In this document: positions 29,970 through 42,025 of the stretch, piece after piece
Layout of the letters: every line of letters starts with the position of its first letter
Numbering within the stretch: the first letter of the stretch is position 1
NCBI GenBank assembly: GCA_002707985.1
Contig: PAOI01000023.1
Location: 1,483-65,482 of the forward strand
Source of the DNA: Sphingomonas sp.
Lineage (GTDB): Bacteria > Pseudomonadota > Alphaproteobacteria > Sphingomonadales > Sphingomonadaceae
Direction of reading: 5' to 3'
Length of the DNA: 64,000 bases
The notes under the pieces: generated by a model
What the model saw: only the letters and a program-made list of their open reading frames with translations
Databases searched by the model: none
What the model was told of the DNA's origin: nothing
Translations under genes and position numbers: made by a program

Positions 29970-31211
29970 ATGGCAACCGACGTCACCGTGCCCACGCTGG
30001 GCGAATCGATCACCGAAGCGACGCTCGGCGAATGGCTGAAGCAGCCGGGCGATCCGGTCGCCGCCGATGAGCCGATCGCAAGCCTCGAAACCGACAAGGT
30101 TTCGGTTGAGGTTCCCTCGCCGGTCGCCGGTGTCATGGGCGCGCACAAGGTGCAGGCCGGCGACACCGTGGAAGTCGGCGCCGTAATCGCCTCTGTGGAG
30201 GAAGGCAGCGGCGCCAGCGCCAAGGCTGCTCCCGCTCCGGCGCCTGCACCCGCTCCGGCTGAAGCTGCGCAACAGGCGCCTGCAAGCAGCGGCGACGTTG
30301 CCGCTGCGCTTTCTCCGTCGGTGCGTCGCGCGGTGCTCGAACATGGTGTCGATCCCTCGACGATTCAGGGCACCGGCAAGGACGGTCGGATCACCAAGGA
30401 AGATGTCGAGGCCGCGGCCGCGAGCAAGCCTGCGGCGGGCAAGGCCGATGGTGGCGCTGCTGCACCGGCTCCGGCAGCTTCGCCCGCTCCGGCGCCTGCG
30501 CCATCGGGTGGTCGCAACGAAGAGCGCGTCCGCATGACGCGCCTGCGCCAGACGATCGCCAAGCGGCTCAAGGAAGCGCAGGATACCGCTGCGCTGCTCA
30601 CCACCTTCAACGATGTCGACATGACTGCCGTCATGGAAGCGCGTGCCAAGTACAAGGATCTGTTCGAAAAGAAGCACGGCGTTCGCCTCGGCTTCATGGG
30701 CTTCTTCGCCAAGGCAGTTTGCATGGCGCTGAAGGACATTCCGGCGGTCAATGCGCGGATCGACGGCGATGAAATCGTCTATCACGATTATGCCGATATC
30801 TCGGTCGCGGTTTCCGCGCCGCAGGGCCTTGTCGTTCCCGTGATCCGCTCGGCCGACGCGATGAGCGTTGCCGAAATCGAACGCACGATCGGCGATTTCG
30901 GCAAGCGCGCCAAGACCGGCGACCTGAAGATGGAAGAGATGAAGGGCGGCACCTTCACCATTTCCAATGGCGGCGTGTTCGGCTCGCTGATGTCGACCCC
31001 GATCATCAATCCGCCGCAGTCGGCCGTGCTCGGCCTGCACCGGATCGAGGACCGCCCGGTCGTCGTGAACGGCGAGATCGTGATCCGCCCGATGATGTAC
31101 ATGGCATTGAGCTATGATCATCGCCTGATCGACGGTCGCGAAGCGGTCACGTTCCTCGTCGCGGTCAAGAACGCGATCGAGGATCCGACACGGCTGCTGA
31201 TCGACCTGTAA
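29970..31211 (+). CDS. sucB: Dihydrolipoamide succinyltransferase E2
   Basis: Lipoyl [25 protein letters not shown]. Confidence 0.97.
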   Translation: MATDVTVPTLGESITEATLGEWLKQPGDPVAADEPIASLETDKVSVEVPSPVAGVMGAHKVQAGDTVEVGAVIASVEEGSGASAKAAPAPAPAPAPAEAAQQAPASSGDVAAALSPSVRRAVLEHGVDPSTIQGTGKDGRITKEDVEAAAASKPAAGKADGGAAAPAPAASPAPAPAPSGGRNEERVRMTRLRQTIAKRLKEAQDTAALLTTFNDVDMTAVMEARAKYKDLFEKKHGVRLGFMGFFAKAVCMALKDIPAVNARIDGDEIVYHDYADISVAVSAPQGLVVPVIRSADAMSVAEIERTIGDFGKRAKTGDLKMEEMKGGTFTISNGGVFGSLMSTPIINPPQSAVLGLHRIEDRPVVVNGEIVIRPMMYMALSYDHRLIDGREAVTFLVAVKNAIEDPTRLLIDL

Positions 31212-31221
31212 GCGGTGCAGC

Positions 31222-31713
31222 GTGAGCATGGTCGCCTATCTCCGTCGCGCGACGCCTGAAACGGTGTCCGCGCTGGCGACTGGCTCGTTGAAGCCGCAAA
31301 CAGTAATGTTCGACGGGCCGGAAGATGGCCTGATTGATTGCGACAAGGCATGGCATGCATTGCATTTCCTGCTTACCGGCGATCCCGGACATTCCGACCA
31401 CCCGATGAGCGTGCTGGTGATGGATGACGCATATTTGATCGGGGCGGACGAGGTCGGTCTGGGCGGTTACTGGCTGATCGAGCCCGCGCAGGTACAGCGG
31501 TTGCACGCGGAACTTGACGGGCTGACGGATGAGGCAATTGCGCGCAGATACGACCCTGTGGCGATGGCGGCGGGGCATGTCTATCTAAGCGATTTGTTCG
31601 AGGAAGAGGGCGACGCTGCGTTGCCCTATGTGATGCAAGGGGTTCCCAAGTTACGGGCAGTCTCTCGTGCCGCTGCGGATGCCGGTGATTATATCATCGG
31701 TATGCTCATCTAG
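31222..31713 (+). CDS. YfbM/DUF1877 family protein
   Basis: MSMVAYL...DCDKAWHALHFLLTG motif. Confidence 0.8.
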   Translation: MSMVAYLRRATPETVSALATGSLKPQTVMFDGPEDGLIDCDKAWHALHFLLTGDPGHSDHPMSVLVMDDAYLIGADEVGLGGYWLIEPAQVQRLHAELDGLTDEAIARRYDPVAMAAGHVYLSDLFEEEGDAALPYVMQGVPKLRAVSRAAADAGDYIIGMLI

Positions 31714-31730
31714 AATTGAAGGCAGAAACA

Positions 31731-33122
31731 ATGGCAGAATACGACTATGACGTCTTGGTGATCGGTGCCGGCCCCGGCGGCTATGTCGCGGCGATCCGTG
31801 CCGCGCAGCTGGGGCTCAGGACCGCGTGTGTCGAAAGCCGCACTACGCTCGGCGGCACCTGTCTCAATGTCGGCTGCATTCCTTCCAAGGCATTGCTCCA
31901 CGCATCCGAATTTTTCGAAGCGGCCAAGGGCGGCGCGATGGCGAAGATGGGCATCAAGGTGGATCCCGAACTCGACCTCGATACGATGCAGGGTCAGCGC
32001 CGCGATGCGGTAAAGGGCCTGACCGGCGGCATCGAAATGCTCTTCAAGAAGAACAAGGTGACCTGGCTCAAGGGCCATGCGACGTTCGAGGACGCGCACA
32101 CGGTCAAGGTCGGCGATGACAGCCACAGCGCGAAGAATATCGTCATCGCCACCGGTTCTTCGGTCACCCCGCTTCCGGGCGTGGAGATCGATCAGAAAGT
32201 GGTCGTCGATTCGACCGGCGCGCTCGAACTGGACAAGGTGCCGGGCAAGATGGTTGTTATCGGCGGCGGCGTGATCGGACTTGAGTTGGGCAGCGTGTGG
32301 CGCCGGCTGGGCGCCGAAGTCACCGTGGTCGAATATCTCGATCAGATCCTGCCCGGCTTCGACGGCGATGTCCGCAAGGAATCGGCCAAGATCTTCAAGA
32401 AACAGGGCATGACTCTCAAAACCGCCACCAAGGTGATGGGTGTCGAGGTGAAAAAGGGTAGGGCAATGGTCTCCGTCGAACCCGCCAAGGGTGGCGATGC
32501 GGAAACGCTCGAAGCCGATGTCGTGCTTGTTTCGATCGGGCGGAAGCCCAACACCGATGGCCTGGGGCTCGACAAGATCGGGCTGGAAATCAACCAGCGC
32601 GGCCAGATCGAAACCGACCATCAGTTCCGTACCAAGGTCGATGGCGTCTGGGCGATCGGTGACGTCATTCCCGGGCCGATGCTCGCGCACAAGGCCGAGG
32701 ATGAGGGCATTGCCGTTGCCGAAAACATCGCGGGCCTGACCGGCATCGTGAATCACGATGTCATCCCGTCGGTCGTCTATACCTGGCCCGAAATCGCCGG
32801 TGTCGGCCTGACCGAAGAAGCGGCGAAGGAACGGGGCGAAGTGAAGGTCGGCAAGTTCCCGATGCTCGCCAACAGCCGCGCCAAGACCAATCACGAGCCC
32901 GACGGCTTTGTGAAGGTGATTGCCGACGCAAAGACCGATCGGGTGCTCGGCGTGTGGTGTATCGCTTCGGTCGCCGGCACGATGATCGCGCAGGCCGCGC
33001 AGGCAATGGAATTCGGCGCGACCAGCGAAGACATCGCCTATACCTGCCACGCGCATCCGACGCATAGTGAAGCGATCAAGGAAGCGGCAATGGCGGTGAC
33101 CGGAAAGCCGATCCACATCTGA
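31731..33122 (+). CDS. lpdA: Dihydrolipoyl dehydrogenase
   Basis: GAGPGG, GGTCLNVGCIPSK, HAHPTHSE. Confidence 0.98.
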   Translation: MAEYDYDVLVIGAGPGGYVAAIRAAQLGLRTACVESRTTLGGTCLNVGCIPSKALLHASEFFEAAKGGAMAKMGIKVDPELDLDTMQGQRRDAVKGLTGGIEMLFKKNKVTWLKGHATFEDAHTVKVGDDSHSAKNIVIATGSSVTPLPGVEIDQKVVVDSTGALELDKVPGKMVVIGGGVIGLELGSVWRRLGAEVTVVEYLDQILPGFDGDVRKESAKIFKKQGMTLKTATKVMGVEVKKGRAMVSVEPAKGGDAETLEADVVLVSIGRKPNTDGLGLDKIGLEINQRGQIETDHQFRTKVDGVWAIGDVIPGPMLAHKAEDEGIAVAENIAGLTGIVNHDVIPSVVYTWPEIAGVGLTEEAAKERGEVKVGKFPMLANSRAKTNHEPDGFVKVIADAKTDRVLGVWCIASVAGTMIAQAAQAMEFGATSEDIAYTCHAHPTHSEAIKEAAMAVTGKPIHI

Positions 33123-33278
33123 CGGCCAGCCTTCGGGGGAGGGGAGCGGCATGCGCGCACGCGAAACGGGATTGCTGGCCGGGGCCCTGATCGCTTCGTC
33201 GCGCACCGCTTTTCCGACGGCAGCTATTGCCGGCAGGGACGGCGTGACGCCGGTTGGCACCGCAACCTTTCGGGGCGA

Positions 33279-34040
33279 ATGCGCGACGACGCGCTGACGC
33301 TCGGCGCGATCGCCGCCGGTGCCGCGTGCGTCGCGGCTTTTGCGCATGAAAGCGTCGGCCATGGTGTGACCTGCCTGATCGAAGGCGGGCGCGTCACGCT
33401 GCTGACCGCGACCTTTTTCGGATGCGAGGGCGGTGGCGTTGCGACCTATATGGCCGGGCCGCTCGCTGCCCTTGCTGCCGGGCTGCTGGCGCTGGCGATC
33501 CAACCTCGGCTGAGCGCTCCGGCAGGGTGGTATTTTTGTGCGATGCTGGCGGCATTCTGTCTGTGCTGGTTCGCCGCAGGATTCGTCTACGCTCCGATCA
33601 CCGGGCATGGCGACCATGCGGTGGTCGCCGCGCAGTTGGGCATGCCGGATATCTGGCGAGTCATTTTGCTGATAGCCGGGATCATCCTGTACGGCCTGTT
33701 CCAGCCGCTGATGGTACGCGGTTTTCGGCGCATCGCCGCGCCGGACGATCCCCGCGGACTGCTCACGCGCCGTGTGGCGATCGGCCATGTGGTCGGCGCG
33801 GTCGCGTTGGCGCTTACCGGACTTGGGTTTCCCGGTTCGCCCGCCCTCGGGGCGTTGCAGGGATTTCTGGCGATCGGGCTGGCTGCAGTACCGATGTGGC
33901 TTGCGGTTGCGAGCGTGGCGCGGCGGCGCGAGCGCTGGGGCGCGCCGGTACTGCGCAACTGGCCGTGGATCGCGTCGATGAGCGCGCTATGGGCGTTGTT
34001 CGTAATCGTGCAGGGAACGGGGCTGCTCGGTTCCCATTGA
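33279..34040 (+). CDS. Multi-pass membrane protein, possible intramembrane metalloprotease
   Basis: About 7 hydrophobic segments; HESVGH in the first helix and a downstream AGP motif. Confidence 0.6.
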   Translation: MRDDALTLGAIAAGAACVAAFAHESVGHGVTCLIEGGRVTLLTATFFGCEGGGVATYMAGPLAALAAGLLALAIQPRLSAPAGWYFCAMLAAFCLCWFAAGFVYAPITGHGDHAVVAAQLGMPDIWRVILLIAGIILYGLFQPLMVRGFRRIAAPDDPRGLLTRRVAIGHVVGAVALALTGLGFPGSPALGALQGFLAIGLAAVPMWLAVASVARRRERWGAPVLRNWPWIASMSALWALFVIVQGTGLLGSH

Positions 34041-34043
34041 GCA

Positions 34044-34724
34044 TCATTGCGGCGGCTGGCCGACCTCGCGCACTTTTCGCTGCCCGACCTTGCCGATCAG
34101 CGCAGCAATCCCGGTGAGCACCGCCGCAGCGACGACCGCCAGCCACAATGCCTGCCAATGCAGATTCGCCTGCGCCTTGGCGCCCAGCCACACGCCGCCG
34201 ATGAAACCCAGCCACAGCAACAGCCACGGCCCCCAGGCCAGGCGATCCTTGTCCCCCATCAATGCATGGGCAAGCTTTTGCCCGATGCGGACGATCGACC
34301 CGGTCATATAGGTGACGCCGATCGTCACTTCGCCGTCGCGTTCGAACATGCCGTTTTCGGCGCCCATCGCCGCGGCAAGCAGCAGCAACACCTGCGCGCC
34401 GGGATAGACCATCGCGAGCGCGGCAGCCGCGATCAGCAGCGCGGTGACCAGCGCCAATATCGCCGGCTGTCGCCATTTCTCCCATGCCCGGCCGACCACC
34501 GTGGCCAGAATGACGCCGGCGATGAAACACATGATCAATGCCAGCGCCATCACGCCGTTGCCGACCATGCCGCTGCCGAGTTCGACGCCCAGACGCGTCG
34601 TATTGCCGCTCATGAACGAAGCGAAGAAGCCGCCGAAGCTGGTATAGGCCAGTGCGTCGACGAAACCGGCGAGCGCCGCCAGCGCGACGGCGAGGGCGAT
34701 GAAACGGGGTTCGGTGCGAGACAT
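34044..34724 (-). CDS. YoaK/DUF1275 membrane protein
   Basis: AGFVDA, FASFMSGNTT, AMGAEN, TYMTG. Confidence 0.9.
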   Translation of the reverse strand: MSRTEPRFIALAVALAALAGFVDALAYTSFGGFFASFMSGNTTRLGVELGSGMVGNGVMALALIMCFIAGVILATVVGRAWEKWRQPAILALVTALLIAAAALAMVYPGAQVLLLLAAAMGAENGMFERDGEVTIGVTYMTGSIVRIGQKLAHALMGDKDRLAWGPWLLLWLGFIGGVWLGAKAQANLHWQALWLAVVAAAVLTGIAALIGKVGQRKVREVGQPPQ

Positions 34725-34782
34725 GGGCGCTTACATGGACCCTTGGCCTGCGCTTCGCCACCCCCCGATTTGACGCGGGCGC

Positions 34783-35436
34783 ATGGAATTCTATGGGGAG
34801 CCCATGGATGTTCCCGTTCCCGGCTATATCGGCCCGATCCTGCCCTGGCTCGACTTGTTCGGTATCGCGGTTTTCGCCGCGACCGGCGCTTTGGCGGCGG
34901 CTATGCGCGGGCAGACCTTCGTTACGGCGGCGTTCTTCGCGCTGGTGACCGGTGTGGGTGGCGGAACGATCCGCGACCTGCTGATCGATGCGCCGGTATT
35001 CTGGGTGCATGACCGCAGCGTCGCGGCGATCTGTCTCGGCGCGGCGTTGGTCATCTGGTTGACGCCCGAACGCTGGTGGCACGGCAAGGGGTTCGACTGG
35101 CTCGATGCGATGGGGCTTGCCGCCTATGCCGTGTTCGGCGCGGCCAAGTCGCTGGGCTATGGTATCCCGCCGGTGCCGGCGATGGTGATGGGTGTGGTGA
35201 CGGCATGCGCGGGGGGCATCATCCGCGACATGATGGCGGGCGAGCCGTCGATCCTGATGCGGCCTGAACTTTATGTTACAGCAGCAGCGCTTGCCTCATC
35301 AATTTATGTAGTACTTTCGTTTACGCCACTGCTGCCGTTCGCGGCCGGCCTGATCGCGGCTGCGGCGGGGTTTGCGCTTCGCGGGGCGGCGATCCAATGG
35401 AAGCTGGCGCTGCCTTCCTATCGCGGCAAACGCTGA
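34783..35436 (+). CDS. Trimeric intracellular cation channel family (UPF0126) protein
   Basis: Duplicated GGGTIRDLL / GGIIRDMM motifs. Confidence 0.9.
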   Translation: MEFYGEPMDVPVPGYIGPILPWLDLFGIAVFAATGALAAAMRGQTFVTAAFFALVTGVGGGTIRDLLIDAPVFWVHDRSVAAICLGAALVIWLTPERWWHGKGFDWLDAMGLAAYAVFGAAKSLGYGIPPVPAMVMGVVTACAGGIIRDMMAGEPSILMRPELYVTAAALASSIYVVLSFTPLLPFAAGLIAAAAGFALRGAAIQWKLALPSYRGKR

Positions 35437-35440
35437 GCGG

Positions 35441-35995
35441 TCAGTCGAGGCGAACGCCGGTTTCGCGAAAGCTGCGCAGCTCCGGCGCGGGGATGCTGGA
35501 GGCATGGAGCGCGCGCTGCCAATAGCCGACATCGACCCATTGGCCGAACTTGTACCCGGCCTTGGGAAACAGCCCCGCTTTCGCGAAGCCGAGGGCTTCG
35601 TGCAGACCCACCGATGCGGGATTGGGCAATGCGATCACGCCCATCGCCTGGGTAAAGCCCTGCGCCGTCAGCGTCGCCAGCAAGGCGGTGTAAAGCGCCC
35701 TGCCATGGCCGCCCCGCTGTGCGCCGGGCGCCATATAGATGGTGGTCTCGACGACATGACCATAGGCAGCGCGTTCGCGAAAGCGCGACGCATATGCGTA
35801 GCCGAGCACGGTCGCATCCTCGCGCTCCAGCACGATCCACGGATAGAGGCCGTCGCTGGCGGCCATCCGGCGGCGCAGCGTTTCGGCATCGGGGACTTCG
35901 GTTTCGAACGAGACGAAACCATCGGCCACATGCGGCGCATAAATGGCGGCGACAGCCTCGGCATCGCGCGCCTCCGCCGCCCGGATTCGCGTCAT
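35441..35995 (-). CDS. GNAT N-acetyltransferase, phosphinothricin-AT-like
   Basis: VSFETEVP, GYAYASRFRERAAY, NPASVGLHEALGF, GYKFGQWVDV. Confidence 0.9.
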   Translation of the reverse strand: MTRIRAAEARDAEAVAAIYAPHVADGFVSFETEVPDAETLRRRMAASDGLYPWIVLEREDATVLGYAYASRFRERAAYGHVVETTIYMAPGAQRGGHGRALYTALLATLTAQGFTQAMGVIALPNPASVGLHEALGFAKAGLFPKAGYKFGQWVDVGYWQRALHASSIPAPELRSFRETGVRLD

Positions 35996-37884
35996 CCCAG
36001 CAATCGGGCGAAGAACAGCTCGATCAGGCTTTGTCCGTGGGGGCGCGTGGTCGCAACGCCCGGTCCTGCCGCGACGCATTCCATGCAGCGCGCCTGAATC
36101 GCCGCGCCGCCGGTCAGGCGCTGCGCGTCGGACATTGCCTGTTCGACCAGGGCACTCTGCCGGCTGGCGATGCGCGTCGCGAGATCCGCTCCGGCGGGGC
36201 TGCTCACCCAGTCGTTATCGGGTTCTTCCTCGCCAAGCGATTCGAAGAACTGCACCCAGCCATTGGGCTCGTCGCGCAGGAAGACCGGATAGACGCTGTC
36301 GGCATCCACACCGGCGCGGCGCGCAGCCTCCGCAATGGCATCGTCAAGGCCGCCGAAGCGATCGACCAGACCATTCTGGCGCGCGATGCCGCCGATCCAC
36401 ACGCGCCCCTGGCCCAGGCTGTCGACCTTTTGCGGCGACATGCGGCGCGACGTGGCGACCAGCGTGATGAACTGGCGATAGCCGTTCTCGATCGCTGCCT
36501 GAATCACCTGATCCGTAGCCGGGTTGGTGCCGCCCATCACATCGGGCTGGCCGGTCAGCGGCGTGGTCGCGACGCCATCGGTAGTGACGCCAACCTTCTT
36601 GAGCGTGTTTTCAAAGGTCGGGATGATTCCGAAAATGCCGATCGATCCGGTGATCGTATTGGGCTCGGCGAAGATCACATCGCCTGCGGTCGAGACCCAA
36701 TAGCCGCCGCTCGCGGCGAGCGACCCCATCGATGTGACGACGGGAATGCCCTGCGCCTTTGCCTGCAGGATCGCCTGCCGGATCTGCTCGGATGCCAGCG
36801 CCGATCCGCCGGGCGAATCCACGCGCACGACCAGCGCCTTGAAATCATGATCGGCCAGCCCCTGGAGCAGCAGGCGCGAAACCGTGTCGCCACCGGCCGT
36901 GCCCGGATCGGCTTCGCCATCGACGATTTCGCCCGCGATAGTGATGACGCCGATCGCGTTGCCGCGGCTGGGCTCGGGATGCGCGGCGATCCAGTCGCGC
37001 ATATGGATCATGTTGAAATTGCCGACGCGGCCGTCCGATGTGCCGACCAGCTCGGCAACCCGCTTGCCGAAGGCGATGCGGTCGCCGACCTTGTCGACCA
37101 GCCCATGGGTCAGGTTGGCCTGCGCGATATCGCCCTTGGCCGCCGTGACGACTTCCGCCGGAGTGTTGAGGAACGGGTCGATCTTCGCCTGAGGGCGCGC
37201 CTTCACCACCGCTTCGCGCCATTGCGACAGGATCGCGCCATACAACGCCTCATTCGCCTGACGCGCTTCGGGTGACATGTCCGCGCGGGTATAGGGCTCG
37301 ACGGCGGACTTGTAGGTGCCGACGCGATAGACATGCGCGTTGACGCCGAGCTTGTCGATCAGCCCCTTGTAATAGAGACGCGATCCGCCGGGCCCCGCGA
37401 ACAGCGTGCCACCCATCGGATTGACCCAGATTTCGCTGGCATTGGCAGCGATCAGATAGGAATCGTCGGTATAGCCGGTCGCATAGGCGAGCACTTTCTT
37501 GCCCCCCGCACGAACCCGGCCGACTGCGTCCGCGACCGACTGGACCGCGACGGGATAGCCGCCGACGAACCGGTCGAGATCGAGCACCACTGCCTTGACG
37601 CGATCGTCGTCGATCGCGGCATCGAGCGCGCGCACCACGTCGCGCACGCGATTTTCCTGCAGCACTTCGCGACCGCTCAGGCTGCTCAGCGGATCGGCTT
37701 GCGCAGGCTGTTCGACCAGCGTTCCGTCGAGCGCGATCACCAGCGCGCCGTCATGCATCGCAGCGGCGTTGGGACGCGCCGACAGCGCCATGAACAATGC
37801 GGAGAAGAAGAGCAGCATGAAGATCAGGACAAGCGCGTCCTTGATCCCGACCAGTATCTTCCAGGCGCCCTTGATCAGCTTCAC
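35992..37884 (-). CDS. sppA: Signal peptide peptidase SppA (67K type)
   Basis: YKSAVEPY, RVDSPGGS, AASGGYW, TGSIGIFG. Confidence 0.95.
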   Translation of the reverse strand: MKLIKGAWKILVGIKDALVLIFMLLFFSALFMALSARPNAAAMHDGALVIALDGTLVEQPAQADPLSSLSGREVLQENRVRDVVRALDAAIDDDRVKAVVLDLDRFVGGYPVAVQSVADAVGRVRAGGKKVLAYATGYTDDSYLIAANASEIWVNPMGGTLFAGPGGSRLYYKGLIDKLGVNAHVYRVGTYKSAVEPYTRADMSPEARQANEALYGAILSQWREAVVKARPQAKIDPFLNTPAEVVTAAKGDIAQANLTHGLVDKVGDRIAFGKRVAELVGTSDGRVGNFNMIHMRDWIAAHPEPSRGNAIGVITIAGEIVDGEADPGTAGGDTVSRLLLQGLADHDFKALVVRVDSPGGSALASEQIRQAILQAKAQGIPVVTSMGSLAASGGYWVSTAGDVIFAEPNTITGSIGIFGIIPTFENTLKKVGVTTDGVATTPLTGQPDVMGGTNPATDQVIQAAIENGYRQFITLVATSRRMSPQKVDSLGQGRVWIGGIARQNGLVDRFGGLDDAIAEAARRAGVDADSVYPVFLRDEPNGWVQFFESLGEEEPDNDWVSSPAGADLATRIASRQSALVEQAMSDAQRLTGGAAIQARCMECVAAGPGVATTRPHGQSLIELFFARLLG

Positions 37885-38110
37885 CAGCTACTTCCCTATC
37901 CCGCGGATTGCGCCGTCGTGCCTATCGCACCGCCGTGCGGGCGTAAAGCTCCTGTACTGCGGGACTAATACGCATTCGTCTCATGCTGAGAGGTAGTCGC
38001 GGTGCTGTCCTCCGCGACGGCGCATCTTTTTCGGTGATGGGGTTGCGGATCGGCGTCCGGCTTTCCAGCTCCGGCAGGTTCGCGGAGCATAAATTTCTCT
38101 GCTCCAGCCC

Positions 38111-38139
38111 GTTGACGCCGCCGGGGCGGCATCACATAT
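38111..38139 (+). promoter_or_regulatory. Putative RpoH-type promoter of groESL
   Basis: GTTGAC-N16-CACATAT immediately upstream of CIRCE. Confidence 0.6.
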
Positions 38140-38147
38140 GGCGCCTG

Positions 38148-38174
38148 TTAGCACTCGACTCGAATGAGTGCTAA
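38148..38174. promoter_or_regulatory. CIRCE element (HrcA operator)
   Basis: Exact TTAGCACTC-N9-GAGTGCTAA upstream of groES. Confidence 0.97.
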
Positions 38175-38212
38175 AGCAATGTACAACTTTAGGAACTGAA
38201 GGGATCAGGCGC

Positions 38213-38503
38213 ATGAACTTTCGTCCGTTGCACGACCGCGTGCTCGTTCGCCGCGTCGAAGCCGAGGAAAAGACCGCTGGCGGGATCATCATTCCCGATT
38301 CGGCCAAGGAAAAGCCGCAGGAAGGCGAAGTCGTCGCCGCCGGTGCCGGCGCCAAGGCCGAGGACGGCAAGGTCACTCCGCTCGACGTGAAGGCGGGCGA
38401 CCGCATCCTGTTCGGCAAGTGGTCGGGCACCGAAGTGAAGGTGAACGGCGAAGACCTGCTCATCATGAAGGAAAGCGACATCCTCGGCGTCGTCGAGGGC
38501 TAA
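38213..38503 (+). CDS. groES: Co-chaperonin GroES
   Basis: [27 protein letters not shown]. Confidence 0.98.
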   Translation: MNFRPLHDRVLVRRVEAEEKTAGGIIIPDSAKEKPQEGEVVAAGAGAKAEDGKVTPLDVKAGDRILFGKWSGTEVKVNGEDLLIMKESDILGVVEG

Positions 38504-38512
38504 CGCATTTGC

Positions 38513-40279
<1,767 letters not shown>

Positions 40280-40309
40280 GCCACGCCGTTCGCGCTTTTG
40301 CGAAACAGG

Positions 40310-40350
40310 AAAGGGCCGGCGGAGCGATCCGCCGGCCCTTTTTTGGTTTT
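40310..40350 (+). terminator. Rho-independent terminator of groESL
   Basis: AAAGGGCCGGCGGA-gcga-TCCGCCGGCCCTTT followed by TTTGGTTTT. Confidence 0.9.
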
Positions 40351-40389
40351 CCGCGCAATGGCGACAGCGATCGCCATCGACTGTCGCTG

Positions 40390-41958
40390 CTATGCAAGTC
40401 CGGGGCGGCCATTTTCCACGGTTGCGCTGTGGAGTATCGATAGTGCGGCGTTGCGATCGGCGCGGTCGCTGATCTTCATGCAATCCACCGCAAGCCGCTC
40501 GCGGTTCAGGTCGAAGCGCATATAGCCGCGCTCGCGCGAATCGAAGAAGCGGATCTGCGGGTTATCGGGCATCGCGGCTTCGTAGAATTGCTGCGGCGGC
40601 CCGCTGGACGTGATCGAGGAAACCACGAACTCCGCCGCGACCGGCGGATGATCGGTGCGGTTGAAATCGCGATAGAGATTGTTCGTCCAGAAGGAGTGAT
40701 AATCGCCGGCCAGCGTCACGGGATTGGATATCCCGGTCTCGACCATCGCGTCGATCATGCGCTGGCGCGCGGCGCCGAAGCCGTTCCAGGAATCGGTCCA
40801 GATCACGCGACCGGCAGGGGTATCGAACAGCATCGGCGCCACCAGTAGATTCTGCACCAGCAGGTTCCACTGCGCGCGGCTGTTCGCCCATCCGTCATAG
40901 AGCCAGCGCTCCTGCGTGAAGCCCAGAAAGGTGCGCGACGGATCGGTCAGATCGGCGCAGTCGATCGGCGCCATATGTCCGTGATAATTATCCTGGCCTT
41001 CGATGCAGGCGGGCGGAGACCGGAACTGGCGGCCGTCGAGCATGTCGAACTGCGCCAGATCGCCCCAGCGCATTCGCCGGTAGATGCGATAGCCGTCACC
41101 GCGCAGCACGCGCGACAGCCGCATCGGCATGTTTTCGCAAAATGCGCGATAGGCTGCGCGGCGGCGCGCGGCAAAGCGGGCGGGAGTGAGTTCGGGATCC
41201 TGCGACCAGATACCGGAATAGTCATTCTGCAATTCGTGATCGTCCCAGATCGCGATCGCCGGAGCCGCCGCGTGCAGCGCCTGAAGGTCGGGGTCTGAAT
41301 GATGCAGTGCATAGCGGGTGCGATAATTGGCAAGCGTGTCCGCTTCCGGAAGGCCGTAGGAACGGATGATGCCCGGTCGATCGCCCGGCATACGCCCCGC
41401 ATTTTCGTAGATATAGTCGCCGAGGAACAGCGTGAAACGGCTGTCTTCCTCCGCCGCCATGTGCCGATAGGCAGCGAAATAGCCATATTCCCAATGCGAG
41501 CAGCTCGCCGCGGTAAAGCGTACCGACTGCGGCCGCGCATCCGCGATCGGCGCTGTCCAGGCGCGGCCGACGCTGCTGTTCACGCCCTGGGTAATGAAAC
41601 GATACCAATAGGGACGATCGGGACGCAGGCCGTCGACCTCGACATGGATCGCGCCGCCACGTTCGATCCGGGTCTGCGTCTCACCGGATCGGACGATCGT
41701 GCGGAAGTCCGCATCGGCGGCAACTTCCCAACGGACCGGAAGCCCGTCGATTGCGCCGCCCAGCCCGTCTTGCGCAAGCGGATCGGGCGCGACGCGCGTC
41801 CAGATGACAAAGCCGTCGGCAGCCGGATCGCCGCTGGCCACGCCCAGCGAGAACGGATCGCTGGCGGCCAGGCTGCGCCCGAACAGAAGAAGCGCCGGAG
41901 CAATTCCGACGCTTCGCAGAACAGCACGACGGTTGGTTGAAAATAGCGGGGAAGCCAT
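40390..41958 (-). CDS. phoD: Alkaline phosphatase D family protein (Tat-exported)
   Basis: NRRAVL Tat motif, GVASGDP, GDYIYE, WDDHE..NDY, GDYH. Confidence 0.92.
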   Translation of the reverse strand: MASPLFSTNRRAVLRSVGIAPALLLFGRSLAASDPFSLGVASGDPAADGFVIWTRVAPDPLAQDGLGGAIDGLPVRWEVAADADFRTIVRSGETQTRIERGGAIHVEVDGLRPDRPYWYRFITQGVNSSVGRAWTAPIADARPQSVRFTAASCSHWEYGYFAAYRHMAAEEDSRFTLFLGDYIYENAGRMPGDRPGIIRSYGLPEADTLANYRTRYALHHSDPDLQALHAAAPAIAIWDDHELQNDYSGIWSQDPELTPARFAARRRAAYRAFCENMPMRLSRVLRGDGYRIYRRMRWGDLAQFDMLDGRQFRSPPACIEGQDNYHGHMAPIDCADLTDPSRTFLGFTQERWLYDGWANSRAQWNLLVQNLLVAPMLFDTPAGRVIWTDSWNGFGAARQRMIDAMVETGISNPVTLAGDYHSFWTNNLYRDFNRTDHPPVAAEFVVSSITSSGPPQQFYEAAMPDNPQIRFFDSRERGYMRFDLNRERLAVDCMKISDRADRNAALSILHSATVENGRPGLA

Positions 41959-41978
41959 GGCTCACCTTCAGAAAGGGT

Positions 41979-42015
41979 GGCGGCGTGGCAGAGTTGAAGC
42001 CTCCGCCACGCCGCC
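41979..42015 (-). other. Intercistronic stem-loop between TBDR and phoD
   Basis: GGCGGCGTGGC...GCCACGCCGCC 11-bp stem. Confidence 0.6.
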
Positions 42016-42025
42016 CCGGACAGAC

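Noticed and set aside
26897-30223. 1108-aa minus-strand ORF (and similar ones at 18895-21498, 31710-33788, 38189-40483, 48121-50559, 51556-53853)
   Set aside because: Antisense shadows of well-supported genes, expected from high-GC codon bias; no recognisable motifs.
30220-30505. Repetitive GCTCCGGCG/GCACCC tracts
   Set aside because: Encode the ordinary Pro/Ala linkers of SucB.
33151-33297. Short ORF upstream of and out of frame with the 33279 gene (possible frameshift)
   Set aside because: No slippery site or recognisable domain to support a fusion.
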